From Candidatus Thorarchaeota archaeon (GTDB lineage: Archaea > Asgardarchaeota > Thorarchaeia > Thorarchaeales > Thorarchaeaceae), in NCBI GenBank assembly GCA_048882485.1, contig JBHLRP010000017.1:1-63029 (forward strand): a DNA stretch of 63,029 nucleotides, written 5' to 3'. How positions within the stretch are numbered: position 1 is the first letter of the stretch; each line of letters begins with the position of its first letter. Below, piece after piece: positions 36,120-45,597 of the stretch. The notes beneath the pieces are model-generated. The model saw only the letters and a program-made list of their open reading frames with translations, did no database searches and had not been told where the DNA came from. The translations under genes were made by a program, and so were the position numbers.

Positions 36120-37864
36120 TGGCGCGCGATATTATTCTCAAGAATGGTCGAGTATACGATCCAAAGAACAAGATTGACGGAGAGATCATGGACATTTCCG
36201 TTTCAGATGGTAAGATTGTTGAAAAGGTCAATGGCAAAGCAAAAGAAATCGATCTGAAAGGCCGAATGGTCATGGCTGGAGGAGTGGACATGCACGCTCA
36301 CATAGTTGGAAGCAAACTTGGCTTCGGTCGAGCAATGTGTCCCGAGGACCACAGGGGTGACCCAGTGCCAAAGACCAAGGTCACTCGTGGCGGTGTGGGA
36401 TACACCATGCCAAACTCATATGTCATTGGTTACAGATACTCTGCAATGGGCTACACGACGGCAATCGAGCCAGCTCTGCCTGCACTCAAGGGTCTAGGCA
36501 GCTGGGAGGAGCTCGAAGACCTGCCGAACCTCGACTCGGGTCTCCTACCTTTGTTCTGCAATAGCATGATCACTTTTCATTATGTCAAAGAGAAAGACCT
36601 CAGCGGTCTAGCTGGTTATATTGCGTGGATTCTAAGGAATGTGGGTGGTCTTGGAGTCAAGGTTGTCTGCCCAGGAGGGACCTATGCATGGGCTCATGGC
36701 AGTAATGTTAGAGAGCTTGACACCGAGGTGCCGGATTGGGGCATCACCCCCCGAGAAATCATCCGTGGACTCTGTCAGGCAACTGAATCGCTGGGACTGC
36801 CTCATATGATGCATCTGCATCCACTGAACCTTGGCCGTGTAGGCAACATTGACACAACAATTGAACACCTAGAAGCGGTTAAGGATATAAAGGGCCACAA
36901 TGGGCGAAAGCGAATCCTTCACTTAACACACATGTCATTTGAGAGCCTGGCTATGCATGAGGATGAAAAGGCAAAGCCAGAGTGGAAATGGGTTTCATCA
37001 GGAGGACTCAAGCTCGCTGAGTATATGAACAAGAATGACCACTTTACAGTGGACTTGGGTCAGATTACCTTCGGGCCAGCAACGACCATGACAGGAGATG
37101 GACCTTTCCAGTTCAGTCTATACCAGATGACCAAGAACAAATGGGCCAACATCTGCGTGGATGTAGAGATGCCTGGCGGCGCCGGGGTAGTCCCCTACTT
37201 CTTCGATCCTAAATCTCCTGCCAATGCTGTACAGTGGGCCATACCCCTAGAGTTCGCTCTAAGTGCAGACGATGTCTGGAGAGTCATTATGACCACAGAC
37301 CATCCGAATGCAGGTCCGTTCACTAAATATCCTCTTGTCTTGTCATGGCTTATGAGCAAGAAGCAGCGTGACATCTGGCTGGAGAAGGTGCATAAGTTTG
37401 CAGCTGAACGATCAACACTAGCTGAGATTGACCGGGAATGGAGCTTGTACGAGATCGCAATCTCGACTCGCGCTGCGCCTGCGAAAATCATGGGCTTGGA
37501 TACAAAGGGCCATGTCGGTGTTGGCGCTGATGCCGATATCACCGTCTATGACTTCGACCCAACAAAGGGCAATCTAGCAGATGATCCAGAGAAGATAATC
37601 AAGGTGTTCGGTGAATCGTATCTCACCTTTCTCGCAGGAGAACAGGTTGCAAAGAAAGGTAAGGTTGGTAAGACACCCCATGGAAGGATATGGACTGTCC
37701 ATCCAGAGCTTGATGATGCACTATGGGCAAGGACTACCAAGGAACTTGAGAAGCTGATCAATAAATGGTACGCTCATTCGTTCAACAATTATCCTGTTCC
37801 AGATAGATACCGTGAGCACATGGAACAAAAAATCAAGGTGGACTCGACTAGTATCCCCGCCTAG
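36119..37864 (+). CDS. fwdA: Formylmethanofuran dehydrogenase subunit A
   Basis: GGVDMHAH, MCPEDH, TTDHPNAGPF, amidohydrolase fold. Confidence 0.95.
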   Translation: MARDIILKNGRVYDPKNKIDGEIMDISVSDGKIVEKVNGKAKEIDLKGRMVMAGGVDMHAHIVGSKLGFGRAMCPEDHRGDPVPKTKVTRGGVGYTMPNSYVIGYRYSAMGYTTAIEPALPALKGLGSWEELEDLPNLDSGLLPLFCNSMITFHYVKEKDLSGLAGYIAWILRNVGGLGVKVVCPGGTYAWAHGSNVRELDTEVPDWGITPREIIRGLCQATESLGLPHMMHLHPLNLGRVGNIDTTIEHLEAVKDIKGHNGRKRILHLTHMSFESLAMHEDEKAKPEWKWVSSGGLKLAEYMNKNDHFTVDLGQITFGPATTMTGDGPFQFSLYQMTKNKWANICVDVEMPGGAGVVPYFFDPKSPANAVQWAIPLEFALSADDVWRVIMTTDHPNAGPFTKYPLVLSWLMSKKQRDIWLEKVHKFAAERSTLAEIDREWSLYEIAISTRAAPAKIMGLDTKGHVGVGADADITVYDFDPTKGNLADDPEKIIKVFGESYLTFLAGEQVAKKGKVGKTPHGRIWTVHPELDDALWARTTKELEKLINKWYAHSFNNYPVPDRYREHMEQKIKVDSTSIPA

Positions 37865-37877
37865 TGGGGAACTCGGG

Positions 37878-38648
37878 ATGGAACGAACTCCGGACTCAAT
37901 CAAAGACTATGAATGCGGTTATGAAGGAGTCGCGGAGTTCTACGATCTATTTGCCAGCAATGTTGACCTGCGCTTCTACTTGGAGTATGCTAAAAAGCAA
38001 GGTTCTCCTGTTCTAGACATTGCAGCTGGTACTGGAAGAGTAGCTATAGCACTTGCAGAAGCTGGTTTCTCTGTTCATGCCCTCGAGAAATCGCCGTCCA
38101 TGCTCTCTGTATTCAAGGAGAAGATTGCGGACCATGAGATTGCAGACCTCATTACCATTCATGAAGCAGACATGACAAACTTCAGACTAGACATCAAATT
38201 CCCATTGATTATAATTCCAGCATCTTTTGGACATGCTTTGACAAGGGCACACCAACTGTCAGCTCTTCATGCGATTAAGAACCATCTAAGACAGGATGCA
38301 ATCTTCATCCTCGACCTGTATGTTGGTGAGCATCTAGATGAGCACTCAAGCTTTCAGGACGGTCCAGTGACCTTGCCCGATGGAAGAGTGGTGAAGCGAT
38401 ATGGTGAGATGAGGGTTGACAAGAAACGAACGCGGATGACTCTGAATCTTAGGTTTGAGATATTTCATGATAGTCACACCTTAGCTGAGGAAAGGCTGGT
38501 CCATTCTGGAACAGCTGTAATCAACCGAGATGATGCAAATAGTCTGATACAAGATGCAGGATTCAGAATCCAGGAAGAGTTCGGTGATTTCGAAAAGAAC
38601 TCATTTACGGAGGAGTCAGGACGAAGAATAATGATTCTGACTCACTAG
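37878..38648 (+). CDS. Class I SAM-dependent methyltransferase
   Basis: AEFYD, VLDIAAGTGRV, ADMTNF. Confidence 0.88.
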   Translation: MERTPDSIKDYECGYEGVAEFYDLFASNVDLRFYLEYAKKQGSPVLDIAAGTGRVAIALAEAGFSVHALEKSPSMLSVFKEKIADHEIADLITIHEADMTNFRLDIKFPLIIIPASFGHALTRAHQLSALHAIKNHLRQDAIFILDLYVGEHLDEHSSFQDGPVTLPDGRVVKRYGEMRVDKKRTRMTLNLRFEIFHDSHTLAEERLVHSGTAVINRDDANSLIQDAGFRIQEEFGDFEKNSFTEESGRRIMILTH

Positions 38649-38705
38649 AGTTTTGAACACAAACGTTTCATTGAAACGGAGATGACATTGTATCAGACAT
38701 CTATT

Positions 38706-39959
38706 CTAGAATAAGGCAGATTGCGGGTCTGGGAGCGAATCGACTTTTCTAGGTTCTTCTCTGAACTCGACACCGCTTTCGGCATCGAGTTTCTCAGTAT
38801 ACAGTGTTTCTCCCTCGACAACCGTATCTCGCTCTATGTAGACCTCACGTCCGTAAACACTGCCGACACGAGATCTCTCTTCGATACGGATTTCGTCGCC
38901 GTAGAGTGACCTTGTTCTTGCACGTTCTCTCACAAGAATTTCTCGTGCCTCTACTGGGCAAGTGACTTCTGAACGCCGACCGATTCTAAAGCCGTCTGCC
39001 TTGACGTATTTGGCGTCAATCAATCCACCTACAATAATCCTGTAAGTGTCGATACGGCCATCTACCATGATTTTGCCACCTATCTTGATTTTGGCTTCGC
39101 ATTTGAAGTCGCCACCGATGTCCGCCTTTCCTCCAACTTCCATATTCCCTGACAATGTCAATGGGCCCTCAGTTGTTATTTTTCCACCAACGTCGACTGT
39201 TCGACCTATTCCTGCACCACCAATGCGAATAGAGCCTCCTACATCGATGTCCTCGAAGGTAAGATCACCTTCAGAAGAAAACGTGCCACCAACATCTATG
39301 GAATGGACTTTGGAGTCCGGTCCAACCTTAATGGAGCCCCCTACATCTATTTCCTCAATCTCAATAGCTCCAGTAGACTTGAAGCTCCCCCCAATATTGA
39401 TCTTTACTATTTTACCATCGTGGGCTTTGCCTGAGCCGCCAGCTGAGAACTCTTCTATTTCTGATCGGCCATCAACTGTGACTGATCCCCCAGCTGAAAC
39501 CCTCTCTACTTCTGCGTCGCCTTCAATAGAAACTGAGCCTCCAGCAGAAACTTTTCGTCCCTTTGCATTGCCTGATATTTTCACAGAGCCTCCACCACTT
39601 GCAGAGGTGCATGTTAGGTTTCTTCCAATTCTAAGCGAGCTTCCAGCTCTGAAGCTTTCACCCATAGCTGAACCTGTGACTTCAAGTCCACCTCTTCTGT
39701 TTTCAGCAGTGGTTTTTACTGTTAGGTCACCATCAATAGTGATTGTATCTCTCGCCTTTGCATCTAGAGAATGTGCCTTTAGGGATCCCTCGAAGTAGGT
39801 TTCGCCCTTGACCCTTACTCTGCCAGTCACAACAATCTCGTTGCCGGACGCTGGCCGCACGGATCTGCAGTTATCAAGCTCGAGATCCCCTTCGACGGTG
39901 CCAAGCTCGACAACGTTTTCGTTTCTATATTTCTGGACATCTGACATTTTACTTGTCAT
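38706..39959 (-). CDS. Long bactofilin-like polymer-forming cytoskeletal beta-solenoid protein
   Basis: About 20 consecutive 16-18-aa repeats of [VIA]GG[SK]hxhxGxhxhxxhx; GGAG before the ATG at 39959. Confidence 0.8.
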   Translation of the reverse strand: MTSKMSDVQKYRNENVVELGTVEGDLELDNCRSVRPASGNEIVVTGRVRVKGETYFEGSLKAHSLDAKARDTITIDGDLTVKTTAENRRGGLEVTGSAMGESFRAGSSLRIGRNLTCTSASGGGSVKISGNAKGRKVSAGGSVSIEGDAEVERVSAGGSVTVDGRSEIEEFSAGGSGKAHDGKIVKINIGGSFKSTGAIEIEEIDVGGSIKVGPDSKVHSIDVGGTFSSEGDLTFEDIDVGGSIRIGGAGIGRTVDVGGKITTEGPLTLSGNMEVGGKADIGGDFKCEAKIKIGGKIMVDGRIDTYRIIVGGLIDAKYVKADGFRIGRRSEVTCPVEAREILVRERARTRSLYGDEIRIEERSRVGSVYGREVYIERDTVVEGETLYTEKLDAESGVEFREEPRKVDSLPDPQSALF

Positions 39960-39995
39960 CTCCGTTTTGTTACATGTAAATTCGCTCAAATTTCG

Positions 39996-40036
39996 TATAT
40001 AAAGCGGAACCACATTTTGGGGTCACAATTTGTGAC
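39996..40036 (-). promoter_or_regulatory. TATA box plus palindromic operator upstream of the bactofilin-like gene
   Basis: TTTATATA on the minus strand (39996-40003); perfect palindrome GTCACAA-T-TTGTGAC (40022-36) and a related imperfect site ACCACA-TTT-TGGGGT (40009-23). Confidence 0.55.
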
Positions 40037-40074
40037 TACATACTGTATTAACTTACAGGGGGAAATCAAGCCAA

Positions 40075-40383
40075 TCACATCCCAATTATAGGGTCTGGTA
40101 CAGGGATACCGACTAGAGCAGCCATCCTCTTGTAAAGTTCAAGATACTGATGACCTCGAACAGTCACTGAATAGACCCTCTGCCCTTCGTCGTCATCCTC
40201 CTCCAAAAGACCCCTCTCCATAAGCTCAGTGATTGTTTCTTTTGCCCGATCGACTGGCATATTGGTGGACCTCGCGGCGCGCGTGAGTGGGCAGTATCCA
40301 TAGATGTAGATAACACGAATGAGTTCGGCGTAGATGTCGTATCTCGTTCTCTTGATACGCTCAGCCTTCTTCTTCTTCGCCAT
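40075..40383 (-). CDS. Winged helix-turn-helix transcriptional regulator (HTH_45-like)
   Basis: KRTRYDIYAELI, LTRAARSTNM, YSVTVRGHQYL. Confidence 0.85.
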   Translation of the reverse strand: MAKKKKAERIKRTRYDIYAELIRVIYIYGYCPLTRAARSTNMPVDRAKETITELMERGLLEEDDDEGQRVYSVTVRGHQYLELYKRMAALVGIPVPDPIIGM

Positions 40384-40517
40384 CGAGTCGCACCTACAAA
40401 AGTTGGATAAGAGCAATCATAAAAAGGCATGCAAAAGCGCGTAACTTGGCGAGCAACAAACTATCTACAGACAATCCTTATGACCCCGCCAGACACCTGT
40501 TTTGCATCTGTCGGGAT

Positions 40518-41270
40518 ATGAAAATGATACTCAGAGTATATATTATGAAGAGCCCATCAGGCGAACCTATCTATGGTCGTTCATACGATGATAGCGATCC
40601 CATTGGTGAAAACAGTCTGCCAGCACATGTACGAGCCTGTGCGACACTCTTCCACACTAGTATTGGCACCTCAAGAGACCGCGTGTATACTCTGGAACAG
40701 GCTGGGGCAATCTGGTCCTATGTGTTCTTTGAGAACTTTGCGGTGATTCTGTTCACAACCTTCGATGAGAATGAGGTCGGCCTGAAGAAGATGATGATGT
40801 CACTTGGTCGAGCTATCAGCAATCAGTTTGGTGGCCTTATCTCGTCTTGGAGTGGCAACATTGGCGAGTTTGAGGGCATGGACACGCTAGTGGACAGATA
40901 TGTCACTATTGACCTTGAGCATCCCCCAGATGTAATTCTCGACAAGGCAGAGAAACTGATGAATGCAGTGCTTGAGGACCATGAAATAGCATATGTCGGG
41001 CTTCTAGATGCACAAGGTGAGCTACTTCGCGGAAACATCCCTGAGAATCATCTTTCTGGAATTGAAGCCGAGATGATGGCAAATGGCGAGATTAGGCCAG
41101 TAGCGGACATGGTTCCGACAGGAGTAGAGATCATGGGCTATAGTGTCCAACTGCTGAAAGTGCGGTCTCTGACAGTTGCAGTGGCCGCTCATCGGGATGA
41201 GAGCAAGCTAGCTGCTATCAAAGCCGCCAGTGAGATAGCTGATGACCTAAACAGGGCCTTATCGAATTGA
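40518..41270 (+). CDS. Longin-like domain + roadblock/LC7-like domain fusion protein
   Basis: N-half MILRVYIM..SGEPIYGRSY..WSGNIGEFEGMDTLVD (Asgard longin pattern); C-half IAYVGLLDAQGELL..LTVAVAA..helix (roadblock/profilin-like). Confidence 0.65.
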   Translation: MKMILRVYIMKSPSGEPIYGRSYDDSDPIGENSLPAHVRACATLFHTSIGTSRDRVYTLEQAGAIWSYVFFENFAVILFTTFDENEVGLKKMMMSLGRAISNQFGGLISSWSGNIGEFEGMDTLVDRYVTIDLEHPPDVILDKAEKLMNAVLEDHEIAYVGLLDAQGELLRGNIPENHLSGIEAEMMANGEIRPVADMVPTGVEIMGYSVQLLKVRSLTVAVAAHRDESKLAAIKAASEIADDLNRALSN

Positions 41271-41321
41271 GCACAAGTTCTAAATGATGCTTCAATCCCC
41301 AAGCAGGTCTGGTGACCAGAG

Positions 41322-41939
41322 TTGATTGTGGGTATCAACGGCTCTCCCAAAGGCGAACGGTCTAATTCCCGATTCTTGCTCGCTAAGGCACTTGAGGCGG
41401 CTTCTAAAGTTCTCTCTAATGACACTACCGAGATTCTTGACATTGTGGACTACGAAATCCGATACTGTACTGGCTGTGATGCATGCGTGAGGAAGAAACC
41501 CTGCCCAGAGAGTGAACATGATGACATGCCAAAGATTGAGGAGAATCTCGCTAAAGCCGAAGGAATCATTATCGCAGCTCCATCTTACTTCACATCTGTC
41601 CCCGGAATCCTAAAGGACTTCATAGATCGGTCGAGAACCCTGAAGATGCTTGATCATCAGCTCAAGGACAAGGTTTTTGGTGCGATCACATATGCAGGTC
41701 TTCGTTATGGTGGCCAAGAGCACGTTATTGATGTTCTAAACAGATATGCCTTGGGACAAGGCATGATCGTTGTGGGTTCCGTGGGAAGTCCCGTAAAACA
41801 TGGCACATTTGGATCAGGCAGCATGCAGACAGATGAGGGCAAGTGGCGAAAGGCGGACACAGACACACTTGCAATAGATGCGAGTGAGGAACTTGGTCGC
41901 AGAGTAGCGAAGCTTGTGAAGCACATCAAAGGGATCTGA
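41322..41939 (+). CDS. Flavodoxin family iron-sulfur flavoprotein (Isf-like)
   Basis: GINGSPK, CTGCDAC..C, APSYF, GGQE. Confidence 0.9.
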   Translation: MIVGINGSPKGERSNSRFLLAKALEAASKVLSNDTTEILDIVDYEIRYCTGCDACVRKKPCPESEHDDMPKIEENLAKAEGIIIAAPSYFTSVPGILKDFIDRSRTLKMLDHQLKDKVFGAITYAGLRYGGQEHVIDVLNRYALGQGMIVVGSVGSPVKHGTFGSGSMQTDEGKWRKADTDTLAIDASEELGRRVAKLVKHIKGI

Positions 41940-41948
41940 GGCCTTGGA

Positions 41949-42509
41949 ATGGATCTCAAGAAACCTGGGCAAGTCCAGGTGTATACTGGTGATGGCAAAG
42001 GAAAGACGACTTGTGCCCTTGGAGCTGGGCTACGAGCGGCAGGTCATGGTCTAAAAGTTTTGATGATCTGTTTCATGAAGGCGAAAATAGCTGAACGAGA
42101 TGGAGAGACAGAGATCAACTATGGTGAGTTTGGATCAGTGGAACAGATTTCGAACTTCGAGATTGTGCCGGTTGGAAGACTTGACTGGGTTGACAAAGAG
42201 AATCCGGATCCGATTGATGTGAAGCTTGCTCAAGACGGATTGCAACTAGCTCGTAATGCGCTCCGGAACCACACTTATGATGTCCTCATCCTTGACGAAA
42301 TCAATGTCGCTGTAGAATGGAATCTTATTGCTCTTGAGGATCAGTTGGACCTCATCAAAGTAAAACCTCCCGATGTTGAATTGATAATGACAGGGCGTTA
42401 CGCTCGTGCAGAGCTACTTGAAGCTGCAGACCTTGTCACGGAGATGAAAGAGCTCAAGCACTACTACTCATCAAAAGACATTCAAGCCAGAAAGGGATTT
42501 GAGTTCTGA
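41949..42509 (+). CDS. cobO: Cob(I)alamin adenosyltransferase (CobA/CobO/BtuR)
   Basis: VYTGDGKGKTT, ILDEINVA, MTGR, ADLVTEM..KH. Confidence 0.92.
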   Translation: MDLKKPGQVQVYTGDGKGKTTCALGAGLRAAGHGLKVLMICFMKAKIAERDGETEINYGEFGSVEQISNFEIVPVGRLDWVDKENPDPIDVKLAQDGLQLARNALRNHTYDVLILDEINVAVEWNLIALEDQLDLIKVKPPDVELIMTGRYARAELLEAADLVTEMKELKHYYSSKDIQARKGFEF

Positions 42510-42514
42510 ATAGA

Positions 42515-42548
42515 GCCCGCACCCGGCTTATGCGGCCGGGTCAGGGGC
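42515..42548. terminator. GC-rich hairpin between convergent genes
   Basis: ACCCGGC/GCCGGGT stem extended by GCCC/GGGC, between the cobO stop and the stop at 42565. Confidence 0.45.
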
Positions 42549-42564
42549 AAAATACTGGGAGCGC

Positions 42565-42966
42565 CTAGTCGCCATATCCAGGGGTAAAGGTTGCCAGAAC
42601 ATCGCAGGCCCCTACAGTATTGTCAATCAGAGTCCTAAGTTCCTCGCCAGTGAGATCTGTGTCATTTGTTTCTGCCGTCACTGAGATGTAGTCATCACTA
42701 GTGATTACAAACTTGACACCATTCACCTTCCATGAGGAAACAAGCATGTCGTACATAAGCTTGTGCTGTTCTTCTTGGGGAATGCTGCTGAACTTTGTAA
42801 AGAGCGCAGTAATGAAGAGCCAGCTCTCATCAGGGCTTGTGAGAATTAGAACCTTGAGATCATCAAACTGGGCAGTGTCCCAAACCATAAGAAGGCCTGC
42901 CTCTTCTCGAGAATAGACAATATCGATCTCATCGAGCAGCGCCGCAATTTCATCTAGTTTCGACAT
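42565..42966 (-). CDS. YbjN/type-III-chaperone-fold hypothetical protein
   Basis: Small acidic alpha/beta protein; LMYDML..GVKFVI pattern. Confidence 0.6.
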   Translation of the reverse strand: MSKLDEIAALLDEIDIVYSREEAGLLMVWDTAQFDDLKVLILTSPDESWLFITALFTKFSSIPQEEQHKLMYDMLVSSWKVNGVKFVITSDDYISVTAETNDTDLTGEELRTLIDNTVGACDVLATFTPGYGD

Positions 42967-43122
42967 TCGAATACCTCGAATTGAGGAGTTTCAGTTCTAT
43001 CACATAAAGATGTCTAGGATGCAATTGCATCAGCAATCAACAAGCTGGTAAGCCAAGAAACAAACAGTTAATATCGAGACACTGGACAATCTCTCTTGTT
43101 TCACTGAGAAGGAGAGTCGTCT

Positions 43123-44841
43123 ATGGGCGCTGACAAGGCAAAGAAGGAAGATACTCCCGAAACACTTGATCCTGATCTGAGTGAGATTCAAGCTGCAAAG
43201 GAACGTTGGGAAGCAGGCACTCTTTCCCGCCACACCGAGAAGCATCCCGAACGTCGTGAGGAGTTTATCAGCACGTCTAGTCGGCCTGTTAGGAGGATCT
43301 ATACGCCTTTGGACATTCCTAAGTTTGACTACTTGCGAGACTTAGGATTTCCAAGTGAATACCCCTATACCCGTGCTGTGCAACCCACCCTCTATCGCGG
43401 TAAGTTCTGGACCATGCGCCAATTCGCAGGGATGGGCTCCGCAGAAGAAACAAATGAGCGATTCAAATACCTTCTCAAGATTGGCCAGACAGGGCTCAGC
43501 GTTGCATTTCATCTGCCAACAATCTATGGCCATGATTCTGATCATGAGTTTTCCTATGGAGAGGTTGGCAAGCTGGGAGTTGCAGTCGATACACTCAAGG
43601 ACATGGAGATTCTATTTGATGGGATTCCGCTTGATAAGGTCACAACTTCGATGACCATCAATGCTCCTGCGTCAGTCCTGCTTTCGATGTATATGGTTGC
43701 TGCTGAGAAGCAAGGTGTGAGCTCTCATCAAATCGGAGGTACGATACAAGACGACATCTTGAAGGAGTATATGGCGCAAAAGAGCTGGATATACCCGCCT
43801 GAGCCTTCGCTTCGCATCATTGTAGACATAATGGAATATTGCGCCAAGAACATTCCCAGATGGAATACAATAAGCATCTCAGGCTATCACATCAGAGAGG
43901 CTGGCTCTACGGCAGCTCAAGAACTTGCTTTCACTCTGCTCAATGGCATGGAGTATGTGAAGGCAGGCATAGCCCGGGGTCTTGATGTGGACACCTTTGC
44001 CCCACGCCTTTCGTTCTTCTTCAACTCTCACAATGACATCTTTGAGGAGGCTGCAAAATTCAGAGCTGCTCGAAGAATCTGGGCGCGTGAGATGAAGGAG
44101 AGGTTCAATGCCAAGAAGGAGAGGTCTCTGTGGATGCGATTCCATACTCAAACCGCTGGATGCTCATTGACAGCCCAACAACCAATGGTGAACGTTGTTC
44201 GTACAGCCTACCAAGCACTGGCCGCTGTGATGGGAGGCACACAGTCACTCCATACAAATTCAATGGATGAAGCCTTAGCGCTTCCAACTGAGGATGCAGT
44301 TAGAGTGGCTCTCAGAACTCAACAGGTGTTGGCACACGAGAGTGGTGTGCCTAATACAATTGACCCCCTTGCAGGATCATACTATGTGGAGGCTTTGACC
44401 AACGAACTTGAGGAGGAGGCATACAAATACTTCGACCATGTCGACTCGCTTGGCGGTGTTATACCAGCGATAGAGAAGGGATTCTTTCAGAAGGAGATTT
44501 CAGAGGCGGCATACCGCTACGAACGAGAGATTGAAACCAAGAAGCGAATTATCGTTGGAGTGAATGACTTCATTCTCGAAGATGAGGAGATAGCAATCCC
44601 CGTCCTGAAGATTGACCCAGAAGTTGAGAAAAGACAGATTGAGCGATTAAACAAGATACGCAAAGAACGTAACAACAAGAAGGTGCTGGAAGCCCTAGAT
44701 GGTTTGAGAAAGGCGTCTGAGGGTACAGAGAATGTGCTCCCTCATGTTGTTAAGGCAGTTCGAGCCTATGCAAGCGTTGGAGAGATCTGCGACGTCTGGC
44801 GTGATGTGTTTGGGGAATGGGAAGAGCCAAAGGTATTCTGA
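43123..44841 (+). CDS. AdoCbl-dependent acyl-CoA mutase large subunit (methylmalonyl-CoA mutase family, isobutyryl-CoA mutase-type residues)
   Basis: WTMRQFAG, TSMTINA, QDDILKEYMAQ, ISGYHIREAG, HTQTAG, SLHTNSMDEA; no B12-binding domain. Confidence 0.93.
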   Translation: MGADKAKKEDTPETLDPDLSEIQAAKERWEAGTLSRHTEKHPERREEFISTSSRPVRRIYTPLDIPKFDYLRDLGFPSEYPYTRAVQPTLYRGKFWTMRQFAGMGSAEETNERFKYLLKIGQTGLSVAFHLPTIYGHDSDHEFSYGEVGKLGVAVDTLKDMEILFDGIPLDKVTTSMTINAPASVLLSMYMVAAEKQGVSSHQIGGTIQDDILKEYMAQKSWIYPPEPSLRIIVDIMEYCAKNIPRWNTISISGYHIREAGSTAAQELAFTLLNGMEYVKAGIARGLDVDTFAPRLSFFFNSHNDIFEEAAKFRAARRIWAREMKERFNAKKERSLWMRFHTQTAGCSLTAQQPMVNVVRTAYQALAAVMGGTQSLHTNSMDEALALPTEDAVRVALRTQQVLAHESGVPNTIDPLAGSYYVEALTNELEEEAYKYFDHVDSLGGVIPAIEKGFFQKEISEAAYRYEREIETKKRIIVGVNDFILEDEEIAIPVLKIDPEVEKRQIERLNKIRKERNNKKVLEALDGLRKASEGTENVLPHVVKAVRAYASVGEICDVWRDVFGEWEEPKVF

Positions 44842-44844
44842 TGG

Positions 44845-45522
44845 CTAGAGTACAATCTCCGTTATCTTTCCAACAGCAGGAAATGCCACATTAACGATTC
44901 GAGTCTTACCGATTTTCGTTTCGAGTCTGTCAGACATATGCAGGTGTCCATGAATCACAATATCAGGCTGTACATCCTCAATTATCTTGGACATCCACCA
45001 AGAATACTCGCTGATGTCATTGTCATTCACTCGTTCGGAAAGTGGACTGTAATGCATCAGTAAAATGGTGCAATCAACTTCAGCTGCAGTTTCCTTTACT
45101 TTATTGGCCAAGCTTTCGGCACGTGACTCATAAAATTCTCTCAGCCCCATCTTGTTGAGCCTCTTTCTTCCTCCCCTGATGTCAACTGGTGCAGTAGCAC
45201 CAATAACTCCAATCCTAGATCCTGCAATCTCCAGAGATGTCGACTCTCCATCAAGAAACAGTATTCTTCCTTCTGTCAGGCTCAATATTTCCTTTCTGGC
45301 AGCTTCAAATTCCTCATTTCCAAAACAAGCTATTACCGGAACATCTCTCGCTTCTGAAGAATCAATGGCTTGAATGATGTTCAAGTACTGGGATGCTCTT
45401 CCGAAATTTACCATATCGCCCGCGAATAGAAATATGTCTGGTGCATCCACAAAGGTGAGTGATTCTACAAAATCCTCAAGAAATTTCGGGCTATGAACAT
45501 CTGCAACTGCTGCGAGCTTCAT
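44845..45522 (-). CDS. Calcineurin-like metallophosphoesterase
   Basis: ADVH, AGD, FGNEE, MHYSP, HGHLH. Confidence 0.88.
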   Translation of the reverse strand: MKLAAVADVHSPKFLEDFVESLTFVDAPDIFLFAGDMVNFGRASQYLNIIQAIDSSEARDVPVIACFGNEEFEAARKEILSLTEGRILFLDGESTSLEIAGSRIGVIGATAPVDIRGGRKRLNKMGLREFYESRAESLANKVKETAAEVDCTILLMHYSPLSERVNDNDISEYSWWMSKIIEDVQPDIVIHGHLHMSDRLETKIGKTRIVNVAFPAVGKITEIVL

Positions 45523-45597
45523 ATTTCACACACTCAACCTCAGGGCGCCGGAGCAATCAGATTTATGACAAGTAGATGTCCTATTTACCTGATTATT

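Noticed and set aside
39046-39798. 250-aa Pro/Ser-rich ORF on the + strand with PP repeats
   Set aside because: Antisense shadow of the GG repeats of the bactofilin-like gene.
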